Positions 9,254 to 18,427 of a DNA stretch of 64,000 nt are shown here, one piece after another (position 1 is the stretch's first letter; each line of letters starts with the position of its first letter). The position numbers and the translations under genes were made by a program. The stretch comes from Chitinophagaceae bacterium (GTDB taxonomy: Bacteria; Bacteroidota; Bacteroidia; Chitinophagales; Chitinophagaceae): positions 25,368-89,367 of the forward strand of contig JADGPW010000140.1 in NCBI GenBank assembly GCA_017882265.1, in the 5' to 3' direction. The notes beneath the pieces were generated by a model. The model was not told the origin of the DNA and searched no databases. It saw nothing but the letters and a program-made list of their open reading frames with translations.

Positions 9254-9261
9254 TAAATTTG
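9254..9261 (+). promoter_or_regulatory. Candidate Bacteroidota -7 promoter box (TAAATTTG)
   Basis: Matches the TAnnTTTG consensus, 38 nt upstream of the ATG at 9299. Confidence 0.35.
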
Positions 9262-9298
9262 AAACATTCATTTGTTAGACTCCTCAATACACTTCTAT

Positions 9299-9640
9299 AT
9301 GAGAAAGGAATCTGCATGGCAAAAAATTAACTTAGTTGCTACTATTATGATAACTGGTTTAGCCAGCCAGGCACAGCAACAATTCACTCAAATAGTTACC
9401 ACTCAAAACAGGAATTGCAATTCGGTTTGTTCAGTGCTTGATATTCCCGCACTCGCTAACAACACAGCCGCCATCATATTGGCAACTCCGGTTACAACCA
9501 ATGGTGTGAACCCGAATCCACACCCCTTCGATGCTTATTATATGTATCTGAACAAATGGAGTATCCATAACCTGGATGGAACAGCCATTGGCGTGGGAGC
9601 CCTATTCAAGGTAGAGTATAGGGTAAATCGGCTGGCTTAA
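9299..9640 (+). CDS. Hypothetical secreted protein
   Basis: The ORF-track start at 9272 is TTG. The ATG at 9299 gives MRKESAWQKINLVATIMITGLASQAQQ (signal peptide). No domain recognised. Confidence 0.55.
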   Translation: MRKESAWQKINLVATIMITGLASQAQQQFTQIVTTQNRNCNSVCSVLDIPALANNTAAIILATPVTTNGVNPNPHPFDAYYMYLNKWSIHNLDGTAIGVGALFKVEYRVNRLA

Positions 9641-9696
9641 ATGTTTCTATATCGGGGAAGAAAACAAATGAAATAATCGATAAAAAAGTTTTGTAT

Positions 9697-11439
9697 ATGA
9701 AAATTATTTTCACTCTCTTATTAATTACTGCCATTATGCAACCCGCTATTGCCCAGCGGGAAACATTTGATATTGCTACCTACACCCCGCCCAAAAACTG
9801 GAAGAAGGATGCCAATACGGGAGTGGTCGCCTATACAGATATCAATTCCAGCACGGGTGGTTTCTGTATATTGGCCATGTATGCCTGTTCGGCAAGCCTG
9901 GGTGATGCGCAAAAAGATTTTAGCGTAGAATGGAAAGATCGGGTAGTAACCCCCCATCATGCGGAAGCCAATCCAAAAACAGAAATAGAAACCACACCCG
10001 ATGGATGGAAAGTAGTTTCCGCGGCTGCTCCCATTAAACTTCAGGGTCTTGATGCGGTTGCCATCCTCGCCGTTTTCAGCGGCTTTGGAAAAAAATTCAG
10101 CGTGATGACAATGCTAAATGATCAATCATATACAAACGGGGTAGATTCCCTTTTGAAGAATATGAAATTAAATAAGGCAGGAACCGCCCCTGTTTTACAA
10201 ACAAATATTCCAACGATAACCAGGACGAATGAAGCAAATGGACAATTTGGTTCGGTGATGTATGCAACACCCGCCGGATGGAAAGTGACAAAATACCCGG
10301 ATGGCGATATCCTGACCCCGGCTGACCTGCCAAAGGATGAATTCATGGAAATATGGGTACATCCTTCCCTGAGTTTTTCAGGTACCATGGAACAGGCTTT
10401 GCAAAAAAGTTATGATGAGACGGCGGGAAATTTGAAGGCTACGAAAATGAGCGATGTCAATGGCGGTAATTATAATAAGGAAGCCGTAAAAATATCATTC
10501 AGGGGTTGGGAATATATTCGTTGCAGCGGGGGGATAAAAATGGGCGGCGGCGAGTACCCGCCCGAATACGGTCTTGACCTTTTTGTAATAAAAGTGAATG
10601 GACGGTTTGAAAGAATATCGATTGTCAAATCAAGAAAAAGCTGCAGCTATTCCACGTATTATCCATCCGACCGTCGAAAATATCATAATGCCATTGAGAA
10701 TTTTTTATTCTCCCTGCAATTTTCCGATTGGAAAGAACCAGTGATGAAAGCCGGTATATTGAAAGGTGATGAAATTACCGGTGTCTGGCAGGGTATTGCG
10801 ATGTCGGTAGGAGTATCAAAACCGGGTGCTGGGCTGGGGGCTGAGTTAAAAGGAAAGCAACTCATTTTCTTTTCAAATGGCCAGGCCTTTTTTGGAGATA
10901 ATTTTCCTATGGAAGGACTGGATGAAATAAACACCTGGGTAATGGCGGAGAACAACCGGCGTGACTGGGGAACCTATACTTTCAGCAATGGCAGTGGTGT
11001 GTTGAAACTGCCGTATGCTGAGATCCCCCTCAAGATGGGAAACGGTCAACTCGTTATCACCACTAATAAAACCGACCATAACTTTATTAAACTAAATGCT
11101 GTTGATGGCGCAAGGTTCAATGGTGCCTATGCTTTAAGCAGTAAGACTTTCCTGGGAGAGGAAACCGGGAAAACGCCTTTGATCCATTTTACCGCAGACG
11201 GACAATTTACAGATAACGGAGCCCTAAAGATCCTGGATCATGAAATAATTGATTGTATAAACACGGCGAAAGATCCTGGCTCGGGTACCTATGAAGTAAA
11301 AAATTATTCGGTACTATTCAATTATACTGACGGGAGAAAAATAAAGATCGCTTTCCTTGGATCTGATTACGACAAAAGGAACCCTGGTCCCGCCACACTT
11401 TCGATGAGTTCAAATGAGGATATTATGAAAAGACAATAG
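9697..11439 (+). CDS. Hypothetical secreted protein (~580 aa)
   Basis: The ATG at 9697 gives MKIIFTLLLITAIMQPAIAQ (signal peptide). It is a long uninterrupted ORF with no domain recognised. Confidence 0.7.
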   Translation: MKIIFTLLLITAIMQPAIAQRETFDIATYTPPKNWKKDANTGVVAYTDINSSTGGFCILAMYACSASLGDAQKDFSVEWKDRVVTPHHAEANPKTEIETTPDGWKVVSAAAPIKLQGLDAVAILAVFSGFGKKFSVMTMLNDQSYTNGVDSLLKNMKLNKAGTAPVLQTNIPTITRTNEANGQFGSVMYATPAGWKVTKYPDGDILTPADLPKDEFMEIWVHPSLSFSGTMEQALQKSYDETAGNLKATKMSDVNGGNYNKEAVKISFRGWEYIRCSGGIKMGGGEYPPEYGLDLFVIKVNGRFERISIVKSRKSCSYSTYYPSDRRKYHNAIENFLFSLQFSDWKEPVMKAGILKGDEITGVWQGIAMSVGVSKPGAGLGAELKGKQLIFFSNGQAFFGDNFPMEGLDEINTWVMAENNRRDWGTYTFSNGSGVLKLPYAEIPLKMGNGQLVITTNKTDHNFIKLNAVDGARFNGAYALSSKTFLGEETGKTPLIHFTADGQFTDNGALKILDHEIIDCINTAKDPGSGTYEVKNYSVLFNYTDGRKIKIAFLGSDYDKRNPGPATLSMSSNEDIMKRQ

Positions 11440-11565
11440 GGGGCTGTGGAATATCCTTAACTCCGCCCGGTTCCTTTGGGTACTGATTATTGAACTTGTC
11501 ATGTGATCACCGGGAGACCGGGCGCAAAGAAGATAATGATGGCATAAATATTTAATAAAGCTAAC

Positions 11566-13647
11566 ATGAAAAAAAACTCAATTCTTCTGTCTTTTCTGAC
11601 GGTAACAGTTTTTGCCAATGCCCAAAATGTCGGTATCGGGACTTCTACACCCTTGCAAAAACTGCATGTAGAAGGAGCCACTTTTTTAAATGGTAATGTG
11701 GGTATTGGCATCAGCACAGTGGTATTTCCATTAAGTTTTGCCCCGGCTCTTGGAGATAAAATTTCTCTCTGGAGCAATTCCACCAATAGTTATGGGTTTG
11801 GCATTCAAAGTTCTTTATTACAAATTCATACGGATATATCGGCTGCAGATATTGCTTTTGGCTATGGCTCCAGTGCTGCATTGATTGAAACAATGCGCAT
11901 AAAAGGAAATGGCAATGTTGGTATTGGTATCAGCAATCCTTTATTTAAGCTCGATGTAAGAACGGGGAGCATTAATACTGATTCGGTTTATCGTATTGGC
12001 ACCATTACCGTGCTTACGACGCCTGACTATGGCAATCTTTTTATAGGAAAATTTTCCGGCAGGGACAATACAGGTACTTATAATACATTCAGTGGCTATC
12101 AAACCGGTTATTCTAATACAACAGGTGCAGGAAATTCATTTTATGGCCAGGCAGCAGGTTTCTTCAGCACATCAGGTGATGACAATTCTTTTTTTGGCCG
12201 GGACGCAGGTTATGCTAATACTTCAGGTAGTTTTAATTCTTTTTTTGGAACTGGCTCTGGAGCGGCCAATACGACGGGTTCTGTAAATTCTTTTTTTGGA
12301 CACGACGCCGGTCGCTACAACACCACAGGAAATAATAATTCATTTTTTGGCGAGGATGCCGGTAGTGAAAACACAATAGGTGTATACAATTCATTTTTTG
12401 GTGCGAACGCCGGTCAATTTAATACGGAGGGTTTATATAATTCATTTTTTGGCTTTTCCGCTGGTATGTTCAACTCAACCGGAAATAACAATTCATTTTT
12501 TGGCTTTTACGCCGGCCGTGCCAACACAACAGGCAGCGAAAATTCATTATTTGGCCTCAATGCGGGTTATTCCAACACGATCGGGTTAAAGAATTCCTTT
12601 TATGGATTATCTGCCGGTTCTTCAAACAATTCAGGTAGTTATAACTCTTTTTTTGGTCATGAAGTTGGTTACGCCAATACCACCGGGAATTACAATTCCT
12701 TTTTTGGCCAGAATACTGGTCACGACAACACGATCGGTGAGTACAATTCTTTTTTTGGCCTGGGGGCCGGATCCAAAAACTATTCAGGAAATTACAATTC
12801 TTTTTTTGGCCTGGGGGCCGGAAACGGGAACACTACCGGTCAATTTAACACGTCAAACGGGAGCTTTTCTTTGCACACTAACATTTTCGGTTCATACAAT
12901 ACGACGATGGGCTACAATTCAGATGTATTTACCGCTTCACTTACTAATGCAACGGCCATTGGGGCGAATGCAAGAGCTGATTGCAGTAATTGCCTTGTAC
13001 TAGGCTCTGTATTTGGGCTTAATGGTGCCACATCTGGTGTAAATGTAGGCATCGGCACAACCAACCCCCTGGTCATTTTACATGTGTTGCAGGGACATTC
13101 CGGTAACGTGAGCCCATTTTCTCCCCTGGTTGTTGAAAGCAATACGAATACTTATATCAATTTATTAAGTCCCGATGCAAATGAAACAGCCATCCTGTTT
13201 GGCAAGGCAGAGAATGCTGCCAGTGGCGGCATTGTGTATAACAACGTAAATAATCTAAATGGTCTTCAATTCAGGCTGAATGGCAATTCAACCAAAATGG
13301 AGCTCTATCCCAATGGTAATGGATGGTTGCAGGGAATACTCGTTCAGCTTTCTGACCTGCGGCTAAAAAAAGATATTCAACCACTGCAGAACTCTTTACA
13401 AAAAATCACACAGCTCAACGGTTATAATTATTATTGGAAGAATGAAAATGCGGATAACACTATGCAAACAGGCGTACTGGCGCAGGAGGTCCAAAAAATA
13501 TTTCCGCAGCTGGTGAAAGAAGATAAGCAGGGAATATTGGCGGTTAATTATACCGGTCTGATACCTGTATTAATTGAAAGCATTAAAGAACAGCAAAAAC
13601 AAATTGAAAGACTAAATAAAATGATGGAGAAACTACTGAAACAATAA
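11566..13647 (+). CDS. Tail-fibre-like surface protein with 17-aa repeat fibre and C-terminal Peptidase_S74-type intramolecular chaperone domain
   Basis: Signal peptide, then the shared module [31 protein letters not shown], then about 16 copies of an NSFFGxxAGxxNTxGxx repeat. The C-terminus is LSDLRLKKDIQPL...LNGYNYYWKNE...GVLAQEVQKIFPQLV...VNYTGLIPVLIESIKEQQKQIERL, typical of the endosialidase-chaperone domain. Confidence 0.85.
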   Translation: MKKNSILLSFLTVTVFANAQNVGIGTSTPLQKLHVEGATFLNGNVGIGISTVVFPLSFAPALGDKISLWSNSTNSYGFGIQSSLLQIHTDISAADIAFGYGSSAALIETMRIKGNGNVGIGISNPLFKLDVRTGSINTDSVYRIGTITVLTTPDYGNLFIGKFSGRDNTGTYNTFSGYQTGYSNTTGAGNSFYGQAAGFFSTSGDDNSFFGRDAGYANTSGSFNSFFGTGSGAANTTGSVNSFFGHDAGRYNTTGNNNSFFGEDAGSENTIGVYNSFFGANAGQFNTEGLYNSFFGFSAGMFNSTGNNNSFFGFYAGRANTTGSENSLFGLNAGYSNTIGLKNSFYGLSAGSSNNSGSYNSFFGHEVGYANTTGNYNSFFGQNTGHDNTIGEYNSFFGLGAGSKNYSGNYNSFFGLGAGNGNTTGQFNTSNGSFSLHTNIFGSYNTTMGYNSDVFTASLTNATAIGANARADCSNCLVLGSVFGLNGATSGVNVGIGTTNPLVILHVLQGHSGNVSPFSPLVVESNTNTYINLLSPDANETAILFGKAENAASGGIVYNNVNNLNGLQFRLNGNSTKMELYPNGNGWLQGILVQLSDLRLKKDIQPLQNSLQKITQLNGYNYYWKNENADNTMQTGVLAQEVQKIFPQLVKEDKQGILAVNYTGLIPVLIESIKEQQKQIERLNKMMEKLLKQ
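12082..12897 (+). repeat. In-frame tandem repeat, period 51 nt (17 aa), about 16 copies
   Basis: AAT TCN TTT TTT GG recurs at 12133, 12184, 12235, 12286, 12337, 12388, 12439, 12490, 12541, 12592, 12643, 12694, 12745 and 12796. That is exact 51-nt spacing, in frame with the CDS starting at 11566. Copies at both ends are degenerate. Confidence 0.85.
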
Positions 13648-13665
13648 TTCTTTCATCAATACTAA

Positions 13666-15090
13666 ATGAAAAAATATATATTATTTCTATCCCTGCTTTC
13701 AGTTACTTTTTTTGCCTATGCCCAAAACGTAGGTATTGGTACCTCTACTCCCTTGCAAAAACTGCATGTGGAAGGAACCACATTTTTAAATGGTAATGTG
13801 GGTATTGGGATTGCTATTCCTCTTGCCAGGCTGCATGTAAACGACAGTAGTGTATTATTCGCTGCTACTGGAGATATACCTGTGCTTCCGGGATTAATTC
13901 CCTTAAATGGTGCAGGGAGAAGATTGATGTGGTACCCCGACCTGGCGGCATTCAGGGTAGGGTTTGTCACCTATGATCAATGGAACCAGAATAATATCGG
14001 GAAATATTCTTTTGCTGCTGGAAATAGTACCATTGCTTCCGGGAATAATTCAACTGCTATGGGCTTTATGACAGGAGCTTTCGGTAATAATTCTACTGCA
14101 TTAGGTAATACTACAACAGCTTCAGGATTTAGTTCAACTGCTTTAGGTGGATCAAGTATTTCTTCCGGTAGTATTTCAACTGCTATGGGAACGAATACAG
14201 AAGCTTCCGGGTATGCATCTACCGCCATGGGAGAAACAACGATTGCTTCGGGTACTGTAGCAACAGCAATAGGTGGTGCCACCAAAGCCAGTGGTAATTA
14301 CTCAACAGCAATGGGTTATGCCGGGGAAGCTAACGCTGAGTATAGTATTGCTATTGGCGAATATGTTAAAGCTAATGCATGGAACTCAATTTCATTTGGC
14401 AGTTACAACGATCCTATTCTATCATCTCCCACTTCCAGTTGGATATTAACGGAACCACTATTAATAGTAGGTAACGGTACCAGTTTTTTTGATAAAAAAA
14501 ATGCATTGGTTATTTTAAAAAACGGCAACACCGGCATTGGCATCAATAACCCCAATGCCCCGCTTGCTTTTGCCAATACCACCGGCAAAAAAATCAGCCT
14601 CTATGAAAGCTCGGCCAATTCACAGTATGGTTTTGCTGTTCAGGGTGGGCAATTGCAATTATACAGTGATGCTGCAGCCGCCAAAATTAGTTTTGGCTAT
14701 TATACCAGTGATGTTTATACAGAACGGATGTACCTGAATAACAGTACAGGCATTTTAACAGTTGCCGGTACCAATTACCCTTCTGATGCCCGGTACAAAA
14801 AACAAATTACCCCGCTGCAAAATCCCCTGGATAAAATTATGGCTATTAACGGGGTTGAATATTTTATGCGCACAGATGAATTCCCCGCTAAACATTTTGA
14901 TACCGGTTTGCAGGTCGGCCTTATTGCGCAGGAAGTGGAAAAAGTACTGCCCCAGGTGGTGCAAACAGGTACAGATGGTTATAAAGCCATTGATTACGCA
15001 AGGGTAGTTCCCTTATTGGTAGAAGGGATTAAAGAGCAGCAACGACAAATTGATGAGTTAAAGAAAATGGTGGAAAGACTACTAAAATAA
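13666..15090 (+). CDS. Tail-fibre-like surface protein with YadA-head-like (Hep_Hag-type) repeats and C-terminal Peptidase_S74-type chaperone domain
   Basis: It has the same N-terminal module as the previous gene. About 95 nt are near-identical around GCCCAAAA..TTGCAAAAACTGCATGT..AATGGTAATGTGGGTATTGG. Repeats of the form xSTAMG/xSTALG..TxASG span 14014-14409. The C-terminus is [13 protein letters not shown]...INGVEYFMR...[15 protein letters not shown]...[24 protein letters not shown]. Confidence 0.85.
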   Translation: MKKYILFLSLLSVTFFAYAQNVGIGTSTPLQKLHVEGTTFLNGNVGIGIAIPLARLHVNDSSVLFAATGDIPVLPGLIPLNGAGRRLMWYPDLAAFRVGFVTYDQWNQNNIGKYSFAAGNSTIASGNNSTAMGFMTGAFGNNSTALGNTTTASGFSSTALGGSSISSGSISTAMGTNTEASGYASTAMGETTIASGTVATAIGGATKASGNYSTAMGYAGEANAEYSIAIGEYVKANAWNSISFGSYNDPILSSPTSSWILTEPLLIVGNGTSFFDKKNALVILKNGNTGIGINNPNAPLAFANTTGKKISLYESSANSQYGFAVQGGQLQLYSDAAAAKISFGYYTSDVYTERMYLNNSTGILTVAGTNYPSDARYKKQITPLQNPLDKIMAINGVEYFMRTDEFPAKHFDTGLQVGLIAQEVEKVLPQVVQTGTDGYKAIDYARVVPLLVEGIKEQQRQIDELKKMVERLLK

Positions 15091-15114
15091 TAATTGAATA
15101 ATTAATTAATTAAA

Positions 15115-16131
15115 ATGAAAAAGAAATTATTGCTCCTGAACTTCCTGACTGTCCCATTTTTTGCACCTGCACAATATGTAGGTATTGGGACCACTACGCC
15201 ATTAACCAACCTACATATCCGTAACGGAGCATCCGGTGCTACGCCATTTGCTTTTTCGCCGCTGGCAGTTGAAAGCAATAGCCACACGTATATTAATTTG
15301 TTAAGTCCTGCTGCCTTTGAAACAGCCATATTGTTTGGGCAACCCGGCAATGCAGCCAATGGAGTACTGATGTATAATAATGTAAGCACTCCAAATGGTT
15401 TTCAATTTAGGAATAATGGCAATGTGACCAGAATGGTTATTGATAATTCAGGCAGTGTGGGTATTGGTCTCGTGACCCCGAATTCCAGCGCATTATTAGA
15501 TATAAGCAGCACCATAAAAGGATTTCTTCCTCCACGAATGAGTATGACAGAGAGGGATGCCATTGCCACACCTGCTGCGGGATTAATATTGCATTGCACA
15601 GATTGTATACCTGCAGGGCCTTATAGTTACAATGGCGCTGCCTGGATATCTATGACCTCCTCCGTTACAAGTACTGCTTATACCATTGGCCAGTCTGCAC
15701 AGGGTGGAATAGTATTTTGGGTGGATGACTACGGTCAGCATGGCCTGGTTGCTTCTACCGGAGATGAAAGTGCAGGGATACAATGGTACAACGGTACAAG
15801 TGTTTTTTGCAACCATATAAGGGCAGATGGTATTTATATAGGTCAGATCAACACCGATAGCATTATTGAAAAGCAAGGCCCTGGTTCTTATGCTGCCCAG
15901 GTATGTGCTAACTACCTGGGAGGAGGGTACGGTGACTGGTATCTGCCATCATTCGAGGAATTAACACTATTGTATAATCAAAGGTTGGTGGTTGGCGGCT
16001 TTTCAGGAATATATTGGAGTTCTACAGAGAGCAATATCGATAATGCCTATTTCCGGACATTCTCAGGGAACGGTACAGGAGCGGGTTCTAAGGCATTTCC
16101 AAATAGAGTCAGGGCTATTCGAAAGTTTTAA
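15115..16131 (+). CDS. Surface protein with tail-fibre-like N-terminal module and DUF1566 (Lcl C-terminal-like) domain
   Basis: The N-terminus [17 protein letters not shown]...[29 protein letters not shown] parallels an internal segment of the 693-aa protein (NVGIGTTNPLVILHV...[29 protein letters not shown]). The C-terminus [18 protein letters not shown]...[15 protein letters not shown]...YWSSTE resembles DUF1566. Confidence 0.8.
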   Translation: MKKKLLLLNFLTVPFFAPAQYVGIGTTTPLTNLHIRNGASGATPFAFSPLAVESNSHTYINLLSPAAFETAILFGQPGNAANGVLMYNNVSTPNGFQFRNNGNVTRMVIDNSGSVGIGLVTPNSSALLDISSTIKGFLPPRMSMTERDAIATPAAGLILHCTDCIPAGPYSYNGAAWISMTSSVTSTAYTIGQSAQGGIVFWVDDYGQHGLVASTGDESAGIQWYNGTSVFCNHIRADGIYIGQINTDSIIEKQGPGSYAAQVCANYLGGGYGDWYLPSFEELTLLYNQRLVVGGFSGIYWSSTESNIDNAYFRTFSGNGTGAGSKAFPNRVRAIRKF

Positions 16132-16234
16132 TTTATAAAATAATAATGTAACAAGGTTCTCTGCGGGAAAGAAAAAGAAAACAATAATGCCTTCAATCAG
16201 CGATCATACTAAATCAACGCACTTTATTGATTGC

Positions 16235-16284
16235 GACTTACTTCATCTGTTCTGAAATCCTTGTTCCTCTGTTCGATATTCATT
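16235..16284. repeat. Half copy (right-arm type) of the GAATGTCGAA/TTCATCTGTTCGATATTC intergenic repeat family
   Basis: GACTTACTTCATCTGTTCTGAAATCCTTGTTCCTCTGTTCGATATTCATT aligns at about 85% with 63777-63826. It lies between convergent genes and touches the cytochrome c stop codon. Confidence 0.6.
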
Positions 16285-16765
16285 AGAGATTTAAGGCCGG
16301 TTTTACTTCGCCTCTATGACAGGTTGTGCAGTTAATGATGGCGGGTGAACTTTTCAGGCCCTGGATATTTTTTAACAGATCAGTATTGATTGTATTTGAC
16401 ATAGCAGCCATTTGCCTCGTAATTTCTTTTTGTTGTTTTTCTTCTGAAGAAAAATCGGTTGTATTATGACAATGTGCGCAACTGATCCCCAACGCGCGGC
16501 TATAGCCAAATTGCATAACTCTTACTAAGCGGCCGGCAGGTATTTTTAGCATTTTAATATTTTTGAAAACAGAATCGGCTCTCATATTCTCTTTTCCTTT
16601 TATGGCTTCCAGCACCTGGGCTGCATATTTTGCCCTGTCTTTTTCCAGAGAGTCCTCGATCACCTGATTTTGAGTTGATGGGCTGGCATCCCTTTTATTA
16701 TCAAAGGAAGAAATGATGATCGTGATACAACTGATAACCAGGAAGGGGATAAGTAGCTTTATCAT
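16283..16765 (-). CDS. c-type cytochrome, two haem-binding sites
   Basis: Signal/TM N-terminus and two CxxCH motifs (CAHCHN, CTTCHRG). Confidence 0.8.
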   Translation of the reverse strand: MIKLLIPFLVISCITIIISSFDNKRDASPSTQNQVIEDSLEKDRAKYAAQVLEAIKGKENMRADSVFKNIKMLKIPAGRLVRVMQFGYSRALGISCAHCHNTTDFSSEEKQQKEITRQMAAMSNTINTDLLKNIQGLKSSPAIINCTTCHRGEVKPALNL

Positions 16766-17519
16766 ATTTCTATAATTTATATAAAATGAATGTAGCTAAT
16801 AAATATTCTTAAAACATAAAATAAATGATGAGCTGCATTCATGGTCCATTATCATTTCCCCAATAAAAGTCGCTTAAGCCGGTTTTTGTGGTACTTATTG
16901 CAAATAACCGACCCTGGATGGCTGATATAGATACCCGGATATTTTTGTCGGACGGTAATCTGCCTATTTAGTTTTATAAATTTCCAATCCTGCTTCATCC
17001 AATCGTAACTATCCTGAGGGACAATCGCAACCTTTATTTTTTGCAAGGTTTGTTTCCTAAAAAAACAATTCTTTTATTTTTTTATGCCCTGTTTGTAACC
17101 GTTGTAATTAATATTAGTAGAATTGAATTGATGCATTGGCCAACATAACTTCTCAGTATGGGTGCATTGAGATTTGTTAAACAAACGCCAATTCAATATT
17201 TAATAACACCGGCACCGGTAAAAACAGACCTACATTACTTTATGGCATTTGCTTTTAGACAGGAACATTTGTAATAATTATACTGTCAGTTTCGGACTCG
17301 CATAAAGTTTTACTAGATCCTCCCCGGAAAACAAATCAATTGTTGTTCAGACCCTTTTAAAAGAAACAACGTATCCATTTTTGTGATCGAGAGATGTTAT
17401 TAGATCCCACCCTTATTGAAATTGATTGATTTGAGTTGTAGCCTATCCTTCCCGATGAATTCCTCTTTTCATGAATGAACAAAATATACATACACAAACC
17501 AAAATCAAAAATCAACATT

Positions 17520-18257
17520 ATGAAAAAAGCAATTCTACTCCTGCGTGCAGCCTTCATGCTTCTTGTATTTGTTTCCTGTGCCGGGAAATCGAAGAAAAAT
17601 GACCGGGCTGTGGCTGTTGTACCTAATAAATTGGATAATAAAGCGCGATTATCACCACCCGAACAAGCTGTCGTAAATTTCAAGAGCATCAAAATTGGCA
17701 AACAGGTCTGGATGGCCGAGAACCTGAATGTAAGTACCTACCGGAATGGCGACTCGGTGCTCCAGGTACAAAACGCAGAAACATGGAACAATTTAGAGAC
17801 CGGAGCCTTTTGTTTTTATGAGAACAAGGTAGCAAACGGCTCAAAATATGGCAAGCTATACAACTGGTATGCAGCGAACGATCCCCGTGGCCTGGCACCA
17901 AAGGGCTGGCATATACCCAGCGATGCAGAATGGAAACAGCTTATTGATTATTTAGGGGGAGAAATTGAAGCCAGTAGAAGATTGAAAAACAACAGTGGAT
18001 GGAATGAATGTGATGGAAAGTCCGGAAATGGCAATAATAACACCGGATTTTCAGCTTTACCAACTGGTTTCCGTGACTTCTTCGGGCCTTTCAACTCGAT
18101 TGGTTCGTATGCTCTATGGTGGAGTGCTAACGAGGATGCTATTCATACAAATGATGGCATATTCCGTTGTGTGTGTTACAACTGCAGCCGTGTTTTTCGT
18201 AATAATTTTACCAAGCGACGTGGGATCTCCGTGCGTTGTATTAAGGACCCCGATTAG
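17520..18257 (+). CDS. FISUMP-domain (Fibrobacter succinogenes major paralogous domain) lipoprotein
   Basis: The ATG at 17520 gives MKKAILLLRAAFMLLVFVSCAGK (lipobox). Family motifs are GKQVWMAENLNV, WYAANDPRGLAPKGWHIPSDAEWKQL, FSALPTGFR, YALWWSA and GISVRCIKD. Confidence 0.85.
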   Translation: MKKAILLLRAAFMLLVFVSCAGKSKKNDRAVAVVPNKLDNKARLSPPEQAVVNFKSIKIGKQVWMAENLNVSTYRNGDSVLQVQNAETWNNLETGAFCFYENKVANGSKYGKLYNWYAANDPRGLAPKGWHIPSDAEWKQLIDYLGGEIEASRRLKNNSGWNECDGKSGNGNNNTGFSALPTGFRDFFGPFNSIGSYALWWSANEDAIHTNDGIFRCVCYNCSRVFRNNFTKRRGISVRCIKDPD

Positions 18258-18427
18258 GCTATTTGTTTTTCCCATCGTTGCTGGTACGCTGAGCTTGTCG
18301 GAGTATATTCTACCCATAACCGAACAGAATTAAAGTTTTGGCTGATCATCATTATGGAGGTCAAAATTCTTATTGTTGGTAGAAATACTTCGATTAGCTC
18401 AATTCATTAACTGTGGCGGGCTAGCTG

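Noticed and set aside
11499-11786. Antisense ORFs 11499-11786, 13716-13970 and 15102-15389 that share a conserved peptide ([16 protein letters not shown])
   Set aside because: Their conservation simply mirrors the conserved N-terminal module of the three fibre-like genes on the plus strand. Each lies antisense to a CDS with a clear signal peptide and domain structure.
12082-12897. A regularly spaced direct-repeat array that could be mistaken for a CRISPR locus
   Set aside because: The 51-nt period is in frame with a long CDS. The repeat and the spacer portions are both part of a conserved 17-aa protein repeat. There are no unique spacers, no leader and no cas genes.
12380-13003. Alternative-frame ORFs 12380-12589 and 12602-13003 within the repeat array
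   Set aside because: They are open only because the 51-nt repeat lacks stops in all frames. Their low-complexity products have no start context, and the recognisable protein repeat is in the frame of the 693-aa CDS.
11566-16131. Prophage or tailocin region, because of tail-fibre and S74 chaperone domains
   Set aside because: No capsid, portal, terminase, sheath, tube, baseplate, lysis or integrase genes were recognised within the window. All three genes have Sec signal peptides, which phage structural proteins normally lack. It is kept as a finding about host surface fibres instead.
16852-17046. 64-aa minus-strand ORF in the ~700-nt gap between the cytochrome c and FISUMP genes
   Set aside because: It has a TTG start and no motif or signal peptide that I recognise. 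It might be a gene fragment, but I cannot support a call. The rest of the gap showed no tRNA-like or riboswitch-like pattern that I could identify.
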